A stretch of 64,000 nt of DNA. Source: the human T2T-CHM13v2.0 reference genome, Homo sapiens. Positions 30,087-48,125 of this stretch are shown here, one piece after another. Position numbers and translations under genes: made by a program. Each line of letters opens with the position of its first letter. The first letter of the stretch is position 1. The stretch is from the NCBI RefSeq assembly GCF_009914755.1, contig NC_060928.1. One strand, written 5' to 3'. The notes under the pieces were generated by a model that made no database searches, had not been told where the DNA came from, and saw only the letters and a list, made by a program, of their open reading frames with translations.

Positions 30087-30571
30087 TGTAGGGTGGCAAA
30101 TTACATTTTCCAAAAATGAATTCATCAATATATATTCCATTCCACATTTTCTTCTTCCAATGTGACCAAAATGCTCCTCTGTTGAGAGACAGAATCTATG
30201 ATTCCCTACTTGAAACATAGTAGGAAAGACTTTTGTAACTTCTTCAGTCAATAGCATGCAGTAGAAATGATGCTGCATGACTTTCAGGTCCCAGTCTTAA
30301 AAGGCAACAAAACTCCCACCTGGCTTTCTCTCTCTCAGACACATGCCACCATGTTGCAAAGAAGCTCAGGCTGGATGGAGAGGCCACATGTGGGTATTCT
30401 GGCTGATAGCACCAGGTAGGCCTGGAACCTAGAGTCAATACTAACTATCAGACATGCAGTGAATTCAAAAAATTAGATTCCAATGCCAAGACTTTAAGTC
30501 TTTTAGCTGATGAGGAGGCAAAATTTCCTCCCCAACCTCTCAACTGACCCAAAGAAATTATGAGTGAAAAT
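30087..30571 (+). mobile_element. MLT1 (G/H-like) LTR, 5' part; host of the L1PA insertion
   Basis: GCAGTAGAAATGATGCTGCATGACTT, GCCACCATGTTG, GGAGAGGCCACATGTGG; continues at 36696. Confidence 0.75.
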
Positions 30572-30694
30572 TGGCAGTTCCAAGATGGCCAAATAGGAAC
30601 AGCTCCAGTCTACAGCTCCCAGCATGAGCGACACAGAAGATGGGTGATTTCTGCATTTCCAACTGAGGTACTGGGTTCATCTCACTGGGGCTTG

Positions 30695-31012
30695 TCAGAC
30701 AGACAGTGGATGCAGTTCACCGAACATGAGCTGAAGCAGGGTGAGGCATTGCCTCACCCGGGAAGCGCAAGGGGTCAGGGAATTCCCTTTCACAGCCAAG
30801 CAAAGCTGTGACAGACGGCAGCTGGAAAATCGGGTCACTCCCAACCTAATACTGTGATTTTCCAATGGTCTTAGCAAATGGCACAGCAGGAGATTATATC
30901 CTGCACCTGGCTCGGATGGCCCTATGCCCACGGAGCCTTGCTCATTGCCAGGACAGCAGTCTGAGATTGAACTGCAAGGTGGCAGCGAGGCTGGGGGCAG
31001 GGCACCCACCAA
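30695..31012 (-). pseudogene. L1 ORF0 homolog (antisense 5'UTR ORF), start ATG>TTG
   Basis: Translation from residue 80 of ORF 30695..31249 (LVGALPPASLPPCSSISDCC...GPSEPGAGYNL...IRLGVTRFS) resembles L1 ORF0 as I recall it (MAGAPPPASLPPCSLISDCC...). Confidence 0.75.
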
Positions 31013-31584
31013 TGCTGAGGCTTGGGTAGGTAAACAAAGTGGCCAGGAAGCTCGAACTGGGTGGATCCCACCGCAGCTCAAGGAGGCCTGCCAGCCTCTG
31101 TAGACTCCACCTCTGGGGGCAGAGCATAGCCAAACAAAAGGCAGCAGAAACCTCTGCAGACTTAAATGTCCCTGTCTGACAGCTTTGAAGAGAGTAGTGG
31201 TTCTCCCAGCCCCCTTTGAGATCTGAGAACGGACAGACTGCCTCCTCAAGTGGGTCCCTGAACCCCGAGTAGCCTATCTTGGAGGCACCCCCCAGTAGGG
31301 GCAGACTGACACCTCACACGGCCGGGTACCCCTCTGAACGAAACCTGCAGAGGAACGATCAGATAGCAACATTTGCTGTTCAGCAATATCTGCTGTTCTG
31401 CAGCCTCCGCTGCTGATACCCAGGCAAACAGGGTCTGGAGTGGACCTCCAGCAAACTCCAACAGACCTGCCACTGAGGGTCCTGACTGTTAAAAGGAAAA
31501 CTAACAAACAGAAAGGACATCCACAGCAAAACCCCATCTGTACGTCACTATCATCAAAGATGAAAGGTAGATAAAACCACAAAG

Positions 31585-32596
31585 ACGGGGAAAAAACAAC
31601 AGAAAAACTGAAAATTCTAAAAATCAGAGTGCCTCTCCTCCTCCAAAGGAACGCAGCCCCTTGCCAGCAGTGGAACAAAGCTGGACGGAGAATAACTTTG
31701 ACACGTTGAGAGAAGAAGGCTTCAAATGATCAAACTTCTCCCAGCTAAAGGAGGAAGTTCGAACCCATTGCAAAGAAGTTAAAACCTCGAAAAAAGATTA
31801 GACGAATGGCTAACTAGAATAACCAATGAAGAGAAGTCCTTAAAGGACATGATGGAGCTGAAAACCTTGGCATGAGAACTACAGGACAAATGCATAAGAT
31901 CCAGTAGCTGATTTGATCAACTGGAAGAAAGGGTATCAGTGATGGAAGATCAAATGAATGAAATGAAATGAGAAGAGAAGCTTAGAGAAAAAAGAATAAA
32001 AAATGAACAAAGCCTCGAAGAAATATGGGACTATGTGAAAAGACCAAATCTATGTCTGATTGGTGTACCTGAAAGTGACGGGGAGAATGGAACCAAGTTG
32101 GAAAACACTCTGCAGGATATTATACAGGGGAACTTCCCCAATCTAGCAAGGCAGGCCAACATTCAAATTCAGGAAATACACAGAATGCCACAGAGATACT
32201 CCTCGAGAAGAGTAACTCCAAGACACATAATTGTCAGATTCACCAAAGTTGAAATGAAGGAAAAAAATGTTAAGGACAGCCAGAGAGAAAGGTCAGGTTA
32301 CTCACAAAGGGAAGCCCATCAGACTAACAGTGGATCTCTTAGCAGAAACTCTACAAGCCAGAAGAGAGTGGGGGTCAATATTCAACATTCTTAAAGAAAA
32401 GAATGTTCAACCCAGAATTTCATATCCAGCCAAACTAAGCATCATAAGTGAAGGAGAAATAAAATCCTTTGCAGACAAGCAAATGCTGAGAGATTTTGTC
32501 ACCACCAGGCCTGCCCTACAAGAGCTCCTGAAGGAAACACTAAACATGGAAAGGAACAACCGGTCCAAGCCACTGCAAAAACATGCCAAACTGTAA
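31585..32596 (+). pseudogene. L1 ORF1p, disrupted
   Basis: Start codon reads ACG (AAAGACGGGGAAAAAAC); pieces in different frames (32035..32394 KRPNLCLIGVPE; 32267..32596 PRISYPAKLS). Confidence 0.92.
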
Positions 32597-32659
32597 AGAC
32601 CATTGAGGCTAGGAAGAAACTGCATCAACTAATGAGCAAAATAACCAGCTAACATCATA

Positions 32660-36472
<3,813 letters not shown>

Positions 36473-36695
36473 ACAATGAGAACACTTGGACACAGGAAGG
36501 GGAACATCACACATGGGGGACTGTTGTGGGGTGGGGGGAAGGGGGAGGGATAGCATTAGGAGATACACCTAATGTAAATGACGAGTTAATGGGTGCAGCA
36601 CACCAACATGGCACATGTATACATATGTAACGAAACTGCACGTTGTGCACAGGTACCATAGAACTTAAAATAAACAATACATAAAAAATAAAAAT

Positions 36696-36785
36696 GAAAT
36701 TATGAGTGAAAATAAGTAATTATTAATGCTTTAAGCCACCTAATATTTTAGCTAATTTGATATGTAGCAATAGCTAACTAATAGA
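36696..36785 (+). mobile_element. MLT1 LTR 3' end (continuation of 30087-30571)
   Basis: TTTAAGCCAC...TATGTAGCAATAGCTAACTAATA. Confidence 0.7.
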
Positions 36786-37939
36786 TGTGGTAATCAGGCA
36801 CTTATGGCTACCAACCATGGCTAGTAATAAATTTAGAGGACACCTTGATTTATCTTCTGGTTTTAGAATGGCAATGATAACTCTTCTGGCAGTTCCCAAA
36901 CAATCATTGTGTTTGTTTGTTTGATTGTTTTTTAAGTTTTAGCTTCTTGAATAAATTTTTAAAATCCAGACTAATATTTTCCTTAAATTATTTGTAGTAG
37001 ATACAAAAGTTACTGAACCAAAAGTAAATCTGAAGCTATTATTAAGAAATTTATAGTGAGTGATTTGGCGAGAATGTCAGATATCATATTTTTAACACAA
37101 ATTTTTGTTTTAAGTTCAATCATTTCACTGACCACATTATCTGATCTTTTAGTTTGATATACTTGTATGTATTAGCCTCCAAAATTATGTCTCAGAAAAA
37201 TAAAATCACATTAAAGAAATGTGTTTTTCTCTAATTATTTTTAAATTGTTTCTATAACATGAGCATGTACGCTTTATTTCGAAAGGAACTAAGCATTGTT
37301 GTGGGTGGCAGATGGACAGAAGTGGTAGGTGTGGTTCTGTTTTTAGGCTGAGAGCAGATGCAGCACTGGGGTGTGAATTGTTCTCCCCTTCACAGGCCTG
37401 GCTCTGAACATCCTGTGGAACTGTTCTGCCTCAGGGGATTCCCCCACTGTTGGCTTTCCACTGGGGCTTCCAAAAATAGACATTTATTTTAGCATTTAAA
37501 GACTTCTGATTCCCCAGGAATTGAAGTTAGACCCCCAATTCATACAGCTGTATGCTTAAAGGCTGAGAAGTCAGTGGCTACTTTCTCTGTATGCATTTTC
37601 TTTATCCAGTTGTGATGGGGAAATTTGAATTGAGGAGTCTCTTGTCTCCCTGAACTATTAAAAACCTCATTTCCTTTACAGTAGGGCATGACATCTAATG
37701 TGCCATGTTTTCTGACGAGGCATATATTTTCATTTCAGTAAATACTAACGACATTTTGAAAAAATAAAGAATGTGTTTTCAGTGGCTTAGAGACATAACC
37801 TAGCCATGGTATGGCTGATTAGTCTTTTACTTTTATAGATTCAAATTCGAGCATTTAATCCATTTGTATCTCTAGTCTATGTTTTCATTAGGCCCCATAA
37901 GGCCTCTGTAGAGAAGCATTTAATGATTTAATGTCTCAT

Positions 37940-38374
37940 CAGTATTTGGTGCCCTTTCTTCTCTATTGGGCAGCATGCCTCAGCCTGTAGGCTTTCTTAT
38001 GCAGCTATGGCCCACATCGTCTCTTGTTTGGCATGCTGAAAGTGCAGAGGAATTGATACCTCTGTCAGCAACCCTCAACCAATGACTGATAAGAGCTGAT
38101 ATACTATTACCCCACCTTCCTGGCTCCCTGGAGAGTTTTACTCTGATGTTATGTATTTTCCATTGGCTCTCAAGTGTCCCTTTGAAGATTAAGTTTAGTC
38201 ACCTGCGGTGATGGCTGGCTAGATAATGTAGCCCTTTATTAATTGTTTTCCCTTCCTTCTTTCACATCCCTTTATTCCTTTTTTCTTGTGGGTGTTCCCT
38301 TCGCCCCTCAAATGAACCACTTGCCCTGAATCCTTGTCTCAGGGTCGGCTGTTGGAAGAAAGCAAAGTATGACA
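37940..38374 (+). mobile_element. LTR16-like ERVL LTR
   Basis: AGCAACCCTCAACCAATGACTGA; end ACTTGCCCTGAATCCTTGTCTCAGGGTC...GACA. Confidence 0.7.
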
Positions 38375-38501
38375 TGGGTCATTCTATTATTTGGTTAATT
38401 TCAATTTCTTTAATTTCTGTACCTGATTTCTTTTTAAATATATATCTTGTTTTAATAGCTTCTTTATTTTTCTGGTCAACAAGCCCAGTAACATTTACGG
38501 G

Positions 38502-39077
38502 TGTTGTAAGAGACAAAAGGTAGTATCTTTCCTTACCCATTGCAAGGCTCGTGGCTGAGGCATCAATAATAAAAAAACAGAGTAATAAAAGGAAAGCATA
38601 CAAATTTATTTAATATAAGTTATATGACACGGGAGCCTTCAGCAATGAAGACCACCCAAAAAAGGGAAAATTGTGTATTTTTATGCTTAGGTTTCATGAA
38701 GAGCAGACAGCTGTGTACAAGTGATTGGATAAAATAGGGTATAATCTAATGGTAATAACTTGGAGAGGGGAGGACTTAGCAAGGTCTGTTTGTTCAGATT
38801 CTTCTCTGTGTTCCTGTGTCTTCATTCCTTTCCTCTGACTATAGGAATGGGCCCCTCTGGAAAAAGGTCTTGTGACCTATTTTATTTTATGTATTTATAC
38901 TTTTTATTTTCCATTTGCAATACTGTTTATGACCTATTTTAGAGGAAGATCAGAGAATGTTTTCATGACGTGCTTCAGGGGAAAATGGCAGTAAAGAGGT
39001 AAGAGAGGTTTTCTTGCTTCTGTTGTCTTCTCAAATGCCAAGCTGCCATATTTTGGAGTCAAATTTCCTGAACCTCA
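38502..39077 (-). mobile_element. ERV1 solo LTR (MER34/LTR36-like group)
   Basis: Reverse strand starts TGAGGTTCAGG...CCAAAATATGGCAGCTTGGCATTTGAG; plus strand has AAAGCATACAAATTTATTTAATATAAG; TG...CA ends. Confidence 0.7.
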
Positions 39078-39491
39078 TGGTGGCCATTCCTGTAGTTTGG
39101 ATCCCAGAAGCTGTATTAAAGAACTTGGCAAAGGCTAATTGCCCAGGGGACACTATAAATGGTGCCAAAAGAACATTTCATTGCAAAAATGAGGTAGTAA
39201 TAATTTGACTTACGGTAAACCAGATGAGTAGTGTATAGGTTTATAAGAAATAAGGTGTTTGGGGTTTGAAGGGAGTGAGATACTCACGGAGGATTCTTAA
39301 GTGACAATAGATGGTAAACTCTTTTAAGATGTGTGGGACCAGTTAACCTCTAGTCTTGCTTTGCTAAACAGAGAGCATGTGAATTTGGGCTTGAATGGAA
39401 GAATTAAGGATAACAATAGAGAGAAAAGGGAGGTAAGCATTGCAATCAACACCTTTTCCTCCACAAAGTACTCAGCATTTTTTCTTAATGA

Positions 39492-39898
<407 letters not shown>

Positions 39899-41464
39899 TA
39901 TTTTGTTCTTACATATACCACTGACTCTACTTCTTGAAGTCATATTAAATTATTAATAGAAGTATGTGAGACATAAATTATAAATAGTATCATCAGTATT
40001 ACTTTTTTCTTTACAGAAAATAGAATATTAAAATAAATCTGTTAACCCTTCTTTCATCAAGACCCATAAAAGCTCTTCATTAAATTAATATTTGAAATTA
40101 CTGAAATAGAAGTATTAAGTTAAAAATCTCCAGAAAGTTTGATAACTCTTTACCTTTTCTGATGCATCTGGAACTTTCCTTAAAAGGCATGAATATTGTG
40201 AACCTTTAGCAGAAGTTTGATTTTTTTTTTTTAATATTGGCTCTTGTTATGGGCTGAGATGAGGCACTGAATGCCCTTGAATTCTCGAACAGAACATGCT
40301 AGAAAGAGTAACTGTTTTTGTGAGCTGAAGAGCTTTTGAGTTTGGAGTAGTAGCAAGAATGTGTGTAAAATACAAATAAAATTGTTAACCACTTGATTTC
40401 TGATGTGTGTGCTGAGAATTGGTAATCAGTCAAATGTCAACGAGCTGATGGTGATCTGGTCTATGAGGTTCATATCTGGGCCAATGATGGTTTGTGATCA
40501 TTAAGAAAGAGTCTAAGATAAGAATCTATTAATGAAAGCAGTCACAAAGAAACCACTGTGCTAAACGTCTAATATTACACGTACTCTGCCAGTGTTTCTG
40601 GTAAAGTGTCTAAACACGAGAGTGGTCACAGGATTTTTTTCATCATCTACCTAGGACTAGAGTCCTTGCTATTTTCATGTGAAATGACTGGTGAAACATT
40701 TTTGATACTTTTTCTTTTTTACTTTTGATCCCATTCTCTTCCATGTAATTTTATTTTTCATTAAAATTGGCTTGCAAAAAGACCATTAAGATACACTGTG
40801 TAGCTGTCAATCAGTGGGCCCAGGAAGTTCCTAAATGATAATAGTTGATTCAGCACACTACCTTATCGGAGTGATCTGCATGGCAGAGATGTCAGTGTGT
40901 TGTTTCCAAGCGCGACTTCTACACACAAGGAGTAGCAGAGCATGTCCCTGCCTCTTTTGTCTTCCTCAGAAGAGCAACCAAGTGGCATAATCAATTCTTC
41001 CAGCCTTTGTATTTCACCTCATATTTACTTTATGCATTGCATTGAGATTTGCCCTTATTTTACTTCTTTAAATTGTATTTGCCTTTTCTTTTTTATCTTA
41101 TAAGAAAATAAAATTATCTTAGTGCAAGGTCATGGTGCATTTCATGAAACACTCATAATATTTTTCTTTTCTCAGTATCCACAAACCAGTGAAAATTTGT
41201 CCTAATTACTGAAAGATTGTCAGGCTCTGGATATACACAAAATAACCTTCTCTGTACCAGGTGTTGAGGGAATTGGAGCTGTGCAGATGGCTTTGACGCA
41301 GTGACTTTACTGGTCACTGACATATATTATTGTACCTAAGAGAGATCAAGCATGAGCTTGACATCTTTCGTGTTATGAATATCAAAATCAAGGAAGTGTG
41401 GATTTTGTCTTTAATAGATGAAAATAACTCTGTGCTACTTTTGAGCATTCAAAGACTTTTGTCC

Positions 41465-41780
41465 TTTTGTTTTCAGTTGACATGTAATAATTGTACATAT
41501 TGTGGGGCACACAGTGATTTTATACATTTATACAATGTCTAATGATCAAATCAGGGGAATTACAATAGCTATCACCTCAAACATTTTTCATTTCTCTGTG
41601 TTGAGATCATTCAAAATCCTCTCTTCTAGCTTTCTGAACATATACAATAAATTATTAACTACATTCACCCTACAGTGCTATAGAACAAGAAAACGTTATT
41701 CCTACCTAGCTGTGATTTTTTTTTTTATCAATTAACCAACTTCTCCCTGTCCTCTTCTCTCTTACCCTTCCCAGCCTCTA
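41465..41780 (-). mobile_element. L1MA (5-7-like) 3' end
   Basis: TAATAATTGTACATATT...AATGATCAAATCAGGG...CATTCAAAATCCTCTCTTCTAGC. Confidence 0.85.
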
Positions 41781-41913
41781 ATTCTGGGATTTCTGCAAAT
41801 GACCAACCTGGCTTTTTCCTTTGGGTTTGATGCATTTGTTTTGCAAGTCACTTCATTAACAAGATCAGGATACCATTTCTGGGTATTAAAGGCCCTATTA
41901 GGAAACTCCAGGT

Positions 41914-42050
41914 CTTTTCTTTTTTTATTATTACATTTCATTTATTTTTTAAGTTCCGGGGTACATGTGCAGGATGTGCATGTTTGTTACATAGGTAAAC
42001 ATGTGCCATGGTGGTTTCCTGCACCTAACAATCCATCACTTAGGTATTAA
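41914..42050 (-). mobile_element. Very short L1PA 3' end
   Basis: TTAAGTTCCGGGGTACATGTGCAGGATGTGCATGTTTGTTACATAGGTAAACATGTGCCATGG. Confidence 0.9.
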
Positions 42051-43534
42051 GGTGCTTTTTTTTAGCAGTCAAATAGGTATGGCCACTACTAGGCCATGGC
42101 TTCTTTTGCAGTGACATTTGCTCAATAAACTTTTTTCATGGCAATAACTGAAAAAAGTAAAGTAAAAAAAAAGTGTGAAGAAGTAAATGTCATATTCCCA
42201 CAATGCAATATAAATGGAATTCATAAAGGCTCAGTGACTCGTAAGACAGGTTAATTAAAGCCTCCCTTTGGCAAGTAGAAGTTAACACAAAATTTTCTTG
42301 ACCACATTATTTTCATGACTGCATAGAATGAAACCTTTGTTAGAATGTCTGGCAGAGATTGTGATCTAGTGTTAACTTGCTATTGCTACTTAATTTATTT
42401 TGGATTATTTTAATCCACTTCCCATTCCAGTAAGGAAAGTTTTAAGGGCTGATATTTAATAGGAAAAAGCAAAGTGTTGCAAAAAGGCAACACAGTCTCT
42501 GTCTCACAAAAGTTGCTCTATCAATACCCGGAATACCATCGGAGTTCTGTAGCCTAAATGAAGAAAAATCAGCTGGTGCAGGAAAGAAAAAACATTATAA
42601 ATTTAGAAGTGTTTTAGGTATGACAATTGTTCATCTCTCTTCCCTGCATGTTCCTACGGGGCCCAAAACATACCTTGCTATTTGGAGTTAACTTTTCTGT
42701 TTCCTTAGGACTAAGAAACCAATTGTAATAAATAGCTCCAAAACAGAAACGACATTTAAAAAACGTTGGGGCCATCTTGCATCGAAGTTGGCATTGGGGA
42801 GTAAAGCGACAGCTTATACTTCCTCAGTCTTCCCGCTAGCCCCTTCAGCCTGGAGGGGGCTACTAGCTTCTTCCAGGTGTTCTGGCCACAGCTCAAAGGA
42901 AGCAAGGACCGAATGGGGAGGTGGTGCTCCCTGTGAGCTTTCTCGATACCGGCTGTTTTTCTATATGCAGTGGGTCAGAGCATTGCCGTTCCTTTATTAT
43001 TCCCAAACAAGCAAATAAAATGAAAACCAACATAAAAAAGAAAGTAAAACAAGGAGACTTTTACTTGTTTCAAAGAAAAATTATTTTGAGTCTTGGTAAA
43101 GGAAAATAACCAAGCTTATTATTTCATTACAACCCTAACTGTGAAATGATGTCAAATTTTAAATCTTGGAATTGGATAACTTCCAGGTTATCTTTTTATG
43201 TATCTATCTATCTACTCTTTTGGTACGTGTGCATCAGAGACTGCAGATTTCCTACCCCAGTGCCCTTTAATTTTTTAGCGTGGCACATGATCATGCAAAT
43301 CAAGATATCATGTTTCCATGCACAGGCGGAGTAATAAAGGAGAAAGGGCTGCTGCTTCTGGAACTGAAAGGATTAGCTGTTTCAGCCAGGGACTCTCTCG
43401 AGCAGAGCACCTTTCAGCAGAAAGATAAAGACACTCCATCTTGTCAAAGTCATGACTATTTTGCATTTTACTCCTAGCTGTGCACAACCATACTATTAGG
43501 GTTCTGGGATTATCATGAAGCAATTGAGAGGCCA

Positions 43535-43700
43535 GGCAGAGTTGAATAGTTTAGACCCATAGTCAGAAGAACATGTTTGAGTCTTGCCTCAGCTTCTTAC
43601 CAAATATGTATCTTTGGGCAACTTAGTTGTTCTATTTGTAAAAGGAGGTGGGTAGCAGTTTCTACCTGACTGAATAATGAATAAATAAGATAGTACCGTA
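43535..43700 (+). mobile_element. MIR fragment
   Basis: TTTGAGTCTTGCCTCAGC...TTGGGCAACTTA...TGTAAAAGG. Confidence 0.5.
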
Positions 43701-43884
43701 CTTGGGATCAGGCGATCTTTCCCCACAAAATGATCAAATGTCAGCTAGCATGTATGTGAACATCTGAGATATTTATCCATACATTTAATAAGAAAAACTA
43801 ATAAACACAAACATCTCTTTTGCATTTTACCTGAAGATTTCAGGTAAATATATTTCAGTCATTTTTGTAAAATTAAAGTAACGT

Positions 43885-44329
<445 letters not shown>

Positions 44330-45779
44330 TCAATAAATGTGCATTTAGAATATATATGTTAAAATATGCAGATAATATAAATTTCCTTACAATATCAAAA
44401 AATAAAGTTTCATAAAGTTAAAAAAATACAAAATATGGGTTACAGATAAATTAAGGTGCTTATAAACACACCGACTTTCCCCCAATACTTAGACTCTAGT
44501 TCTAGATGCAGCATTCTGCAAGTTGGTAATAACATTTATGGTATATATGTATCACATATTGTTTCAATAAGGTTTATATGTTTAATAAATCCTTAAGAAC
44601 AGAAAGCTTGTGTTTCTATTGCTTACTTAGTTGATCATTTATTTCTAAGAAAAAAATAGAATAAGGACATCAGAAATGCTTCACCAGTGAAAAATTAAAA
44701 ACCATCATAAAAATTACTTTCTACTGCATGACAAATGTTAATTTGTGGGCATGATAAGAGATTTAATATTTGACAACTTTTTGTGTCATTGAATTTTAAA
44801 AATTCATATTACTCAAGTAATAAAATAAGAAAAATATCCTACAATAAATTATCTTACTGGAGTTGTGATTAATATTGAGGTGGTATTGGAAGAATTAGTA
44901 AGTTAATGTTTCTGAAATATTATTGGTCATAAAATAAAAGCTACATAGTAACTACAAAGTATTATTTCTCATTTATTATATTTACATGGCTTAGTATCAG
45001 TGGTTCTAAAGTATATTGAAAAGTCCCTTTTTAAATTGTAATTATTAATTATCACCAATTATTGATTTGTTATTTCAACAGAACAAGGCTTGAGACAAGT
45101 TAGGACAAAAATCTCTGATGAATTTAGATCACAACTTTTCCCTAGAAAGGACTTTTGCTGTTGTTAAATATTGTGAATCTGTTACCCAGGACTCTGTAAA
45201 TATTTAGGAAAAGATATATTCATTTCAAAATATAGAGATTAATAGTTATTACAATCCCCACATAGAAACAAGCTTAGGAATCATCAGTCCTGAACATAAG
45301 ATAATGTTAAATGAATCCTCTATTCACTTAAGTAACTCTCCTTTTCTTTTCTGCTAACCTCATCTAAATTTTGTCAGATTTTAATACCACCATATTTAAC
45401 TCATTTAATCTTAATGTGAGCTTGCTTTTTCCTTGACTTTCTATTACATTCTTTTCTTTTAGAAATTATTCATCACTTCCTAGTGACCAAATCCAACTCC
45501 TCTTCTCACTTTTTATCTTCTTTATTCTGCTATATGCAGGATTGGAAGCTATCTCTTCTTAAAATAGTTCCTGGGACCAAGTATCCCTTCATTTGTTCCT
45601 TACGACATTCGATCACTTCCTCAACATGTACTCCTCAGAAATGCTTCACCAGTGAAAAATTAAACTCATACAGGGTACTGTATGAGTTAGGCAGTACTCA
45701 GAGGGAGCGACGGCATTGGGGCATCAGGCAAGGCATGGGCTCCCCATTCACTCTGGATGTGTATCTGTTTCCATGACAA

Positions 45780-47400
45780 TCATATTCCCATTTAGCTATT
45801 TGATAAATATTTATGGAACACCCATATGTGCCACAGGACTCATTGCTAGAGAAACAGTGATGAACAGTTCAAAATATAGGACTCTCGAGAACTCAAGCAA
45901 TCCTTCCTTCCTTTATTCATTCGAAAATATAATTTATCAAAAACATATTATATATCAGGCACTAGTTTAGACAGTGGCAAAGGGGGGAAAATGTTCCTGT
46001 ACTCATAGGATTCATGTTATGGTAGGGAATACAGACAATAAAATAAATGAGCAAGGTAATATGACAGAAGGTTATAAATGCCATGAAGAATATTAAATTA
46101 TGATAAGGTATAGAGAGTGAAGGAGATGGATGGTATTTTCATATAAGGTGGTTAATGAAAGCCTGCTTGAAAGAGGATTTTTTTTTTTTTGAGGAGAGTT
46201 TGATGGAAATTGGAAAGTGAAGCATGTAAATATATGGGAGAAGATCATTTCCAGCCAATGTCATGTCTGCAGACTTGACGTGGGGTTTTGTTTTGTGTGT
46301 TTCCCATATAGGAAGGCCAGTGATCCCAGAGAGGGATGAGGCAGGAAAATGAGATTAGCGTTAGATAAACCAGCTCATCTGGGGCCTTTTAGGCTGCAGT
46401 TTGACTTTTATTCCTCCTATGGTGGAAAGCCTCTGGAGAGTTTTAAGGATTCCTTTAACTGTTGTGCAGAAAATAGATTGTGAGGTTGTAAGAAGGCATG
46501 CAAGGGGACCAGTTGGAACCAGCATCCTGCTCCAAGGGAGATAGGAAGGTGGCTGAGCTGGGGCAGTGACTATCAAAGTTGTAAGGAGTCTTACTGAGGA
46601 GGTATTTAAGAGGTAGATATTGCATAAATTGCTGATGGTTCGGGGGTGGGATTATGTAAGAACCACAGAACATAATTATGACTCCAGTGTTGTTTCTCAC
46701 TCTAGGAGGTGGAAAAGACTGGAGAGGACCAGATTTGCTTACTCTACTTGCTGAAGTGTAAAAGGCTGAGGACAGCAGGCTTAGGGTGGGAAATCAAGAG
46801 TTTAGATTTGTTCATATTAAATGTGTGTGGCCAACTAGACATCTGAGTGTAGCTATCAATCAGGTTATTGGATACATTGACCTAGAGCTTGGTGGAGAGT
46901 TTGGGAATATAGATCTCTATTCTGGAGTTGTCAGCCATGGGCCTTGCTGAAATCACTGAGAGTGAATTTGATAAAAGAAAAATCCAAACTGAGTCCTGGG
47001 CACTCTGATATTTAGAGGTGAGCAGTAGGAGGAAGATTAAGCAACTTGAATGAGATCATTCGGGAATATGTGGTGTCCAGCAGCCCTCGTGAAGAAATTA
47101 TTTCAAGGAGAAATCTATTATCAGCTCTAGTACTATGGAAAAATTGAATAAAATATGTCTTGAGAATTGTCCATTGGGTTTGGCAACATGAGGTCACTGG
47201 TAATCTTATAAATGCTTTCGGAAAAGTGTGGATAACAGAATGAGTGAGGTGGATTTAAAAAGAATTAGAAACAAGGAAACAGAAACAGCTATTACAGATA
47301 ACTCTAAGGAAGGGTGTTTCTATAAAGAAGATCCTAGAAATGAGTTGCTAGCTGGAGAATATTGGGACACAGGAAAAACAGTTTTGTTAATTTAAGTAGA
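45780..47400 (-). mobile_element. L2 LINE fragments
   Basis: Two L2 3'-end signatures (ATAAATATTTATGGAACACC; TTTATTCATTC) followed by purine-rich reverse L2 body (GGAAATCAAGAGTTTAGATTTG, TTGGGTTTGGCAACATGAGGTCACTGG). Confidence 0.8.
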
Positions 47401-47599
47401 AAAAGTGATAGGATAATTTTATGCTATAACAAATATGCTGGAGAGAAGGACAATATGAAGATTAAACAGAGCAGATATAACTATGTGAGAATGGTGGCAC
47501 TGGCCATGGAAAAAACAAAGTATATTTGGAGTTCAGAATATGAACAGAAATCTATTTGTATATCTCTTCCAATGACCTTTCTGTCCCAGAGTAAGTCTT

Positions 47600-48125
47600 C
47601 ATATTACTTATCTATTGCTGCATAATGACTTAATCCTAAAACTTAATGACCTAAAATTACAATGGTCATTTACTATCCCATAAGGTCAGGATATGTAGGC
47701 CAAAAATTTGTGAGGAGCTGAGTTGAGGTCTGGCTCAGTTTTTCATGAGGTGTAGTTAGAGGTCAGCTGGGCTGACAGTCATCTGAAGGCTTGACTGGGG
47801 CTGCAGGATCCATTCCCCAGGGATCCCACTATATGGCTGGTAAGTTGGTGCTAACAAGGTGCATCCTCTCCATGTGAGACTCTCCACAGGGCTTTTTGAG
47901 TGTCTTCACAAGATGGTGGCTGAATTTACCTGGAGCAAGTGATCAGAGACTAAGCCAAAAGCTCCAGTAGCTTTATGAGCCAGAGTTGAACTTCATACAT
48001 GGTCATATCTACCATAGTCTATTGACCACACAGCCAGCTTTGATTCAGTATGAGAAGGGATTGCTCAAGGGCATAATACCAGGAAATAAAGATCATTGAT
48101 GGTTATTTTGGAGTTGACTACCATA
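47600..48125 (-). mobile_element. MLT1 (H-like) MaLR LTR
   Basis: TATCTATTGCTGCATAA, CAGTCATCTGAAGGCTTGACTGGGGCTG, ends GACTACCA. Confidence 0.8.

Noticed and set aside
42837-42862. GC-rich hairpin TAGCCCCTTCAG/CTGGAGGGGGCTA as a small RNA
   Set aside because: Short and imperfect; no Pol III boxes or pre-miRNA-length stem
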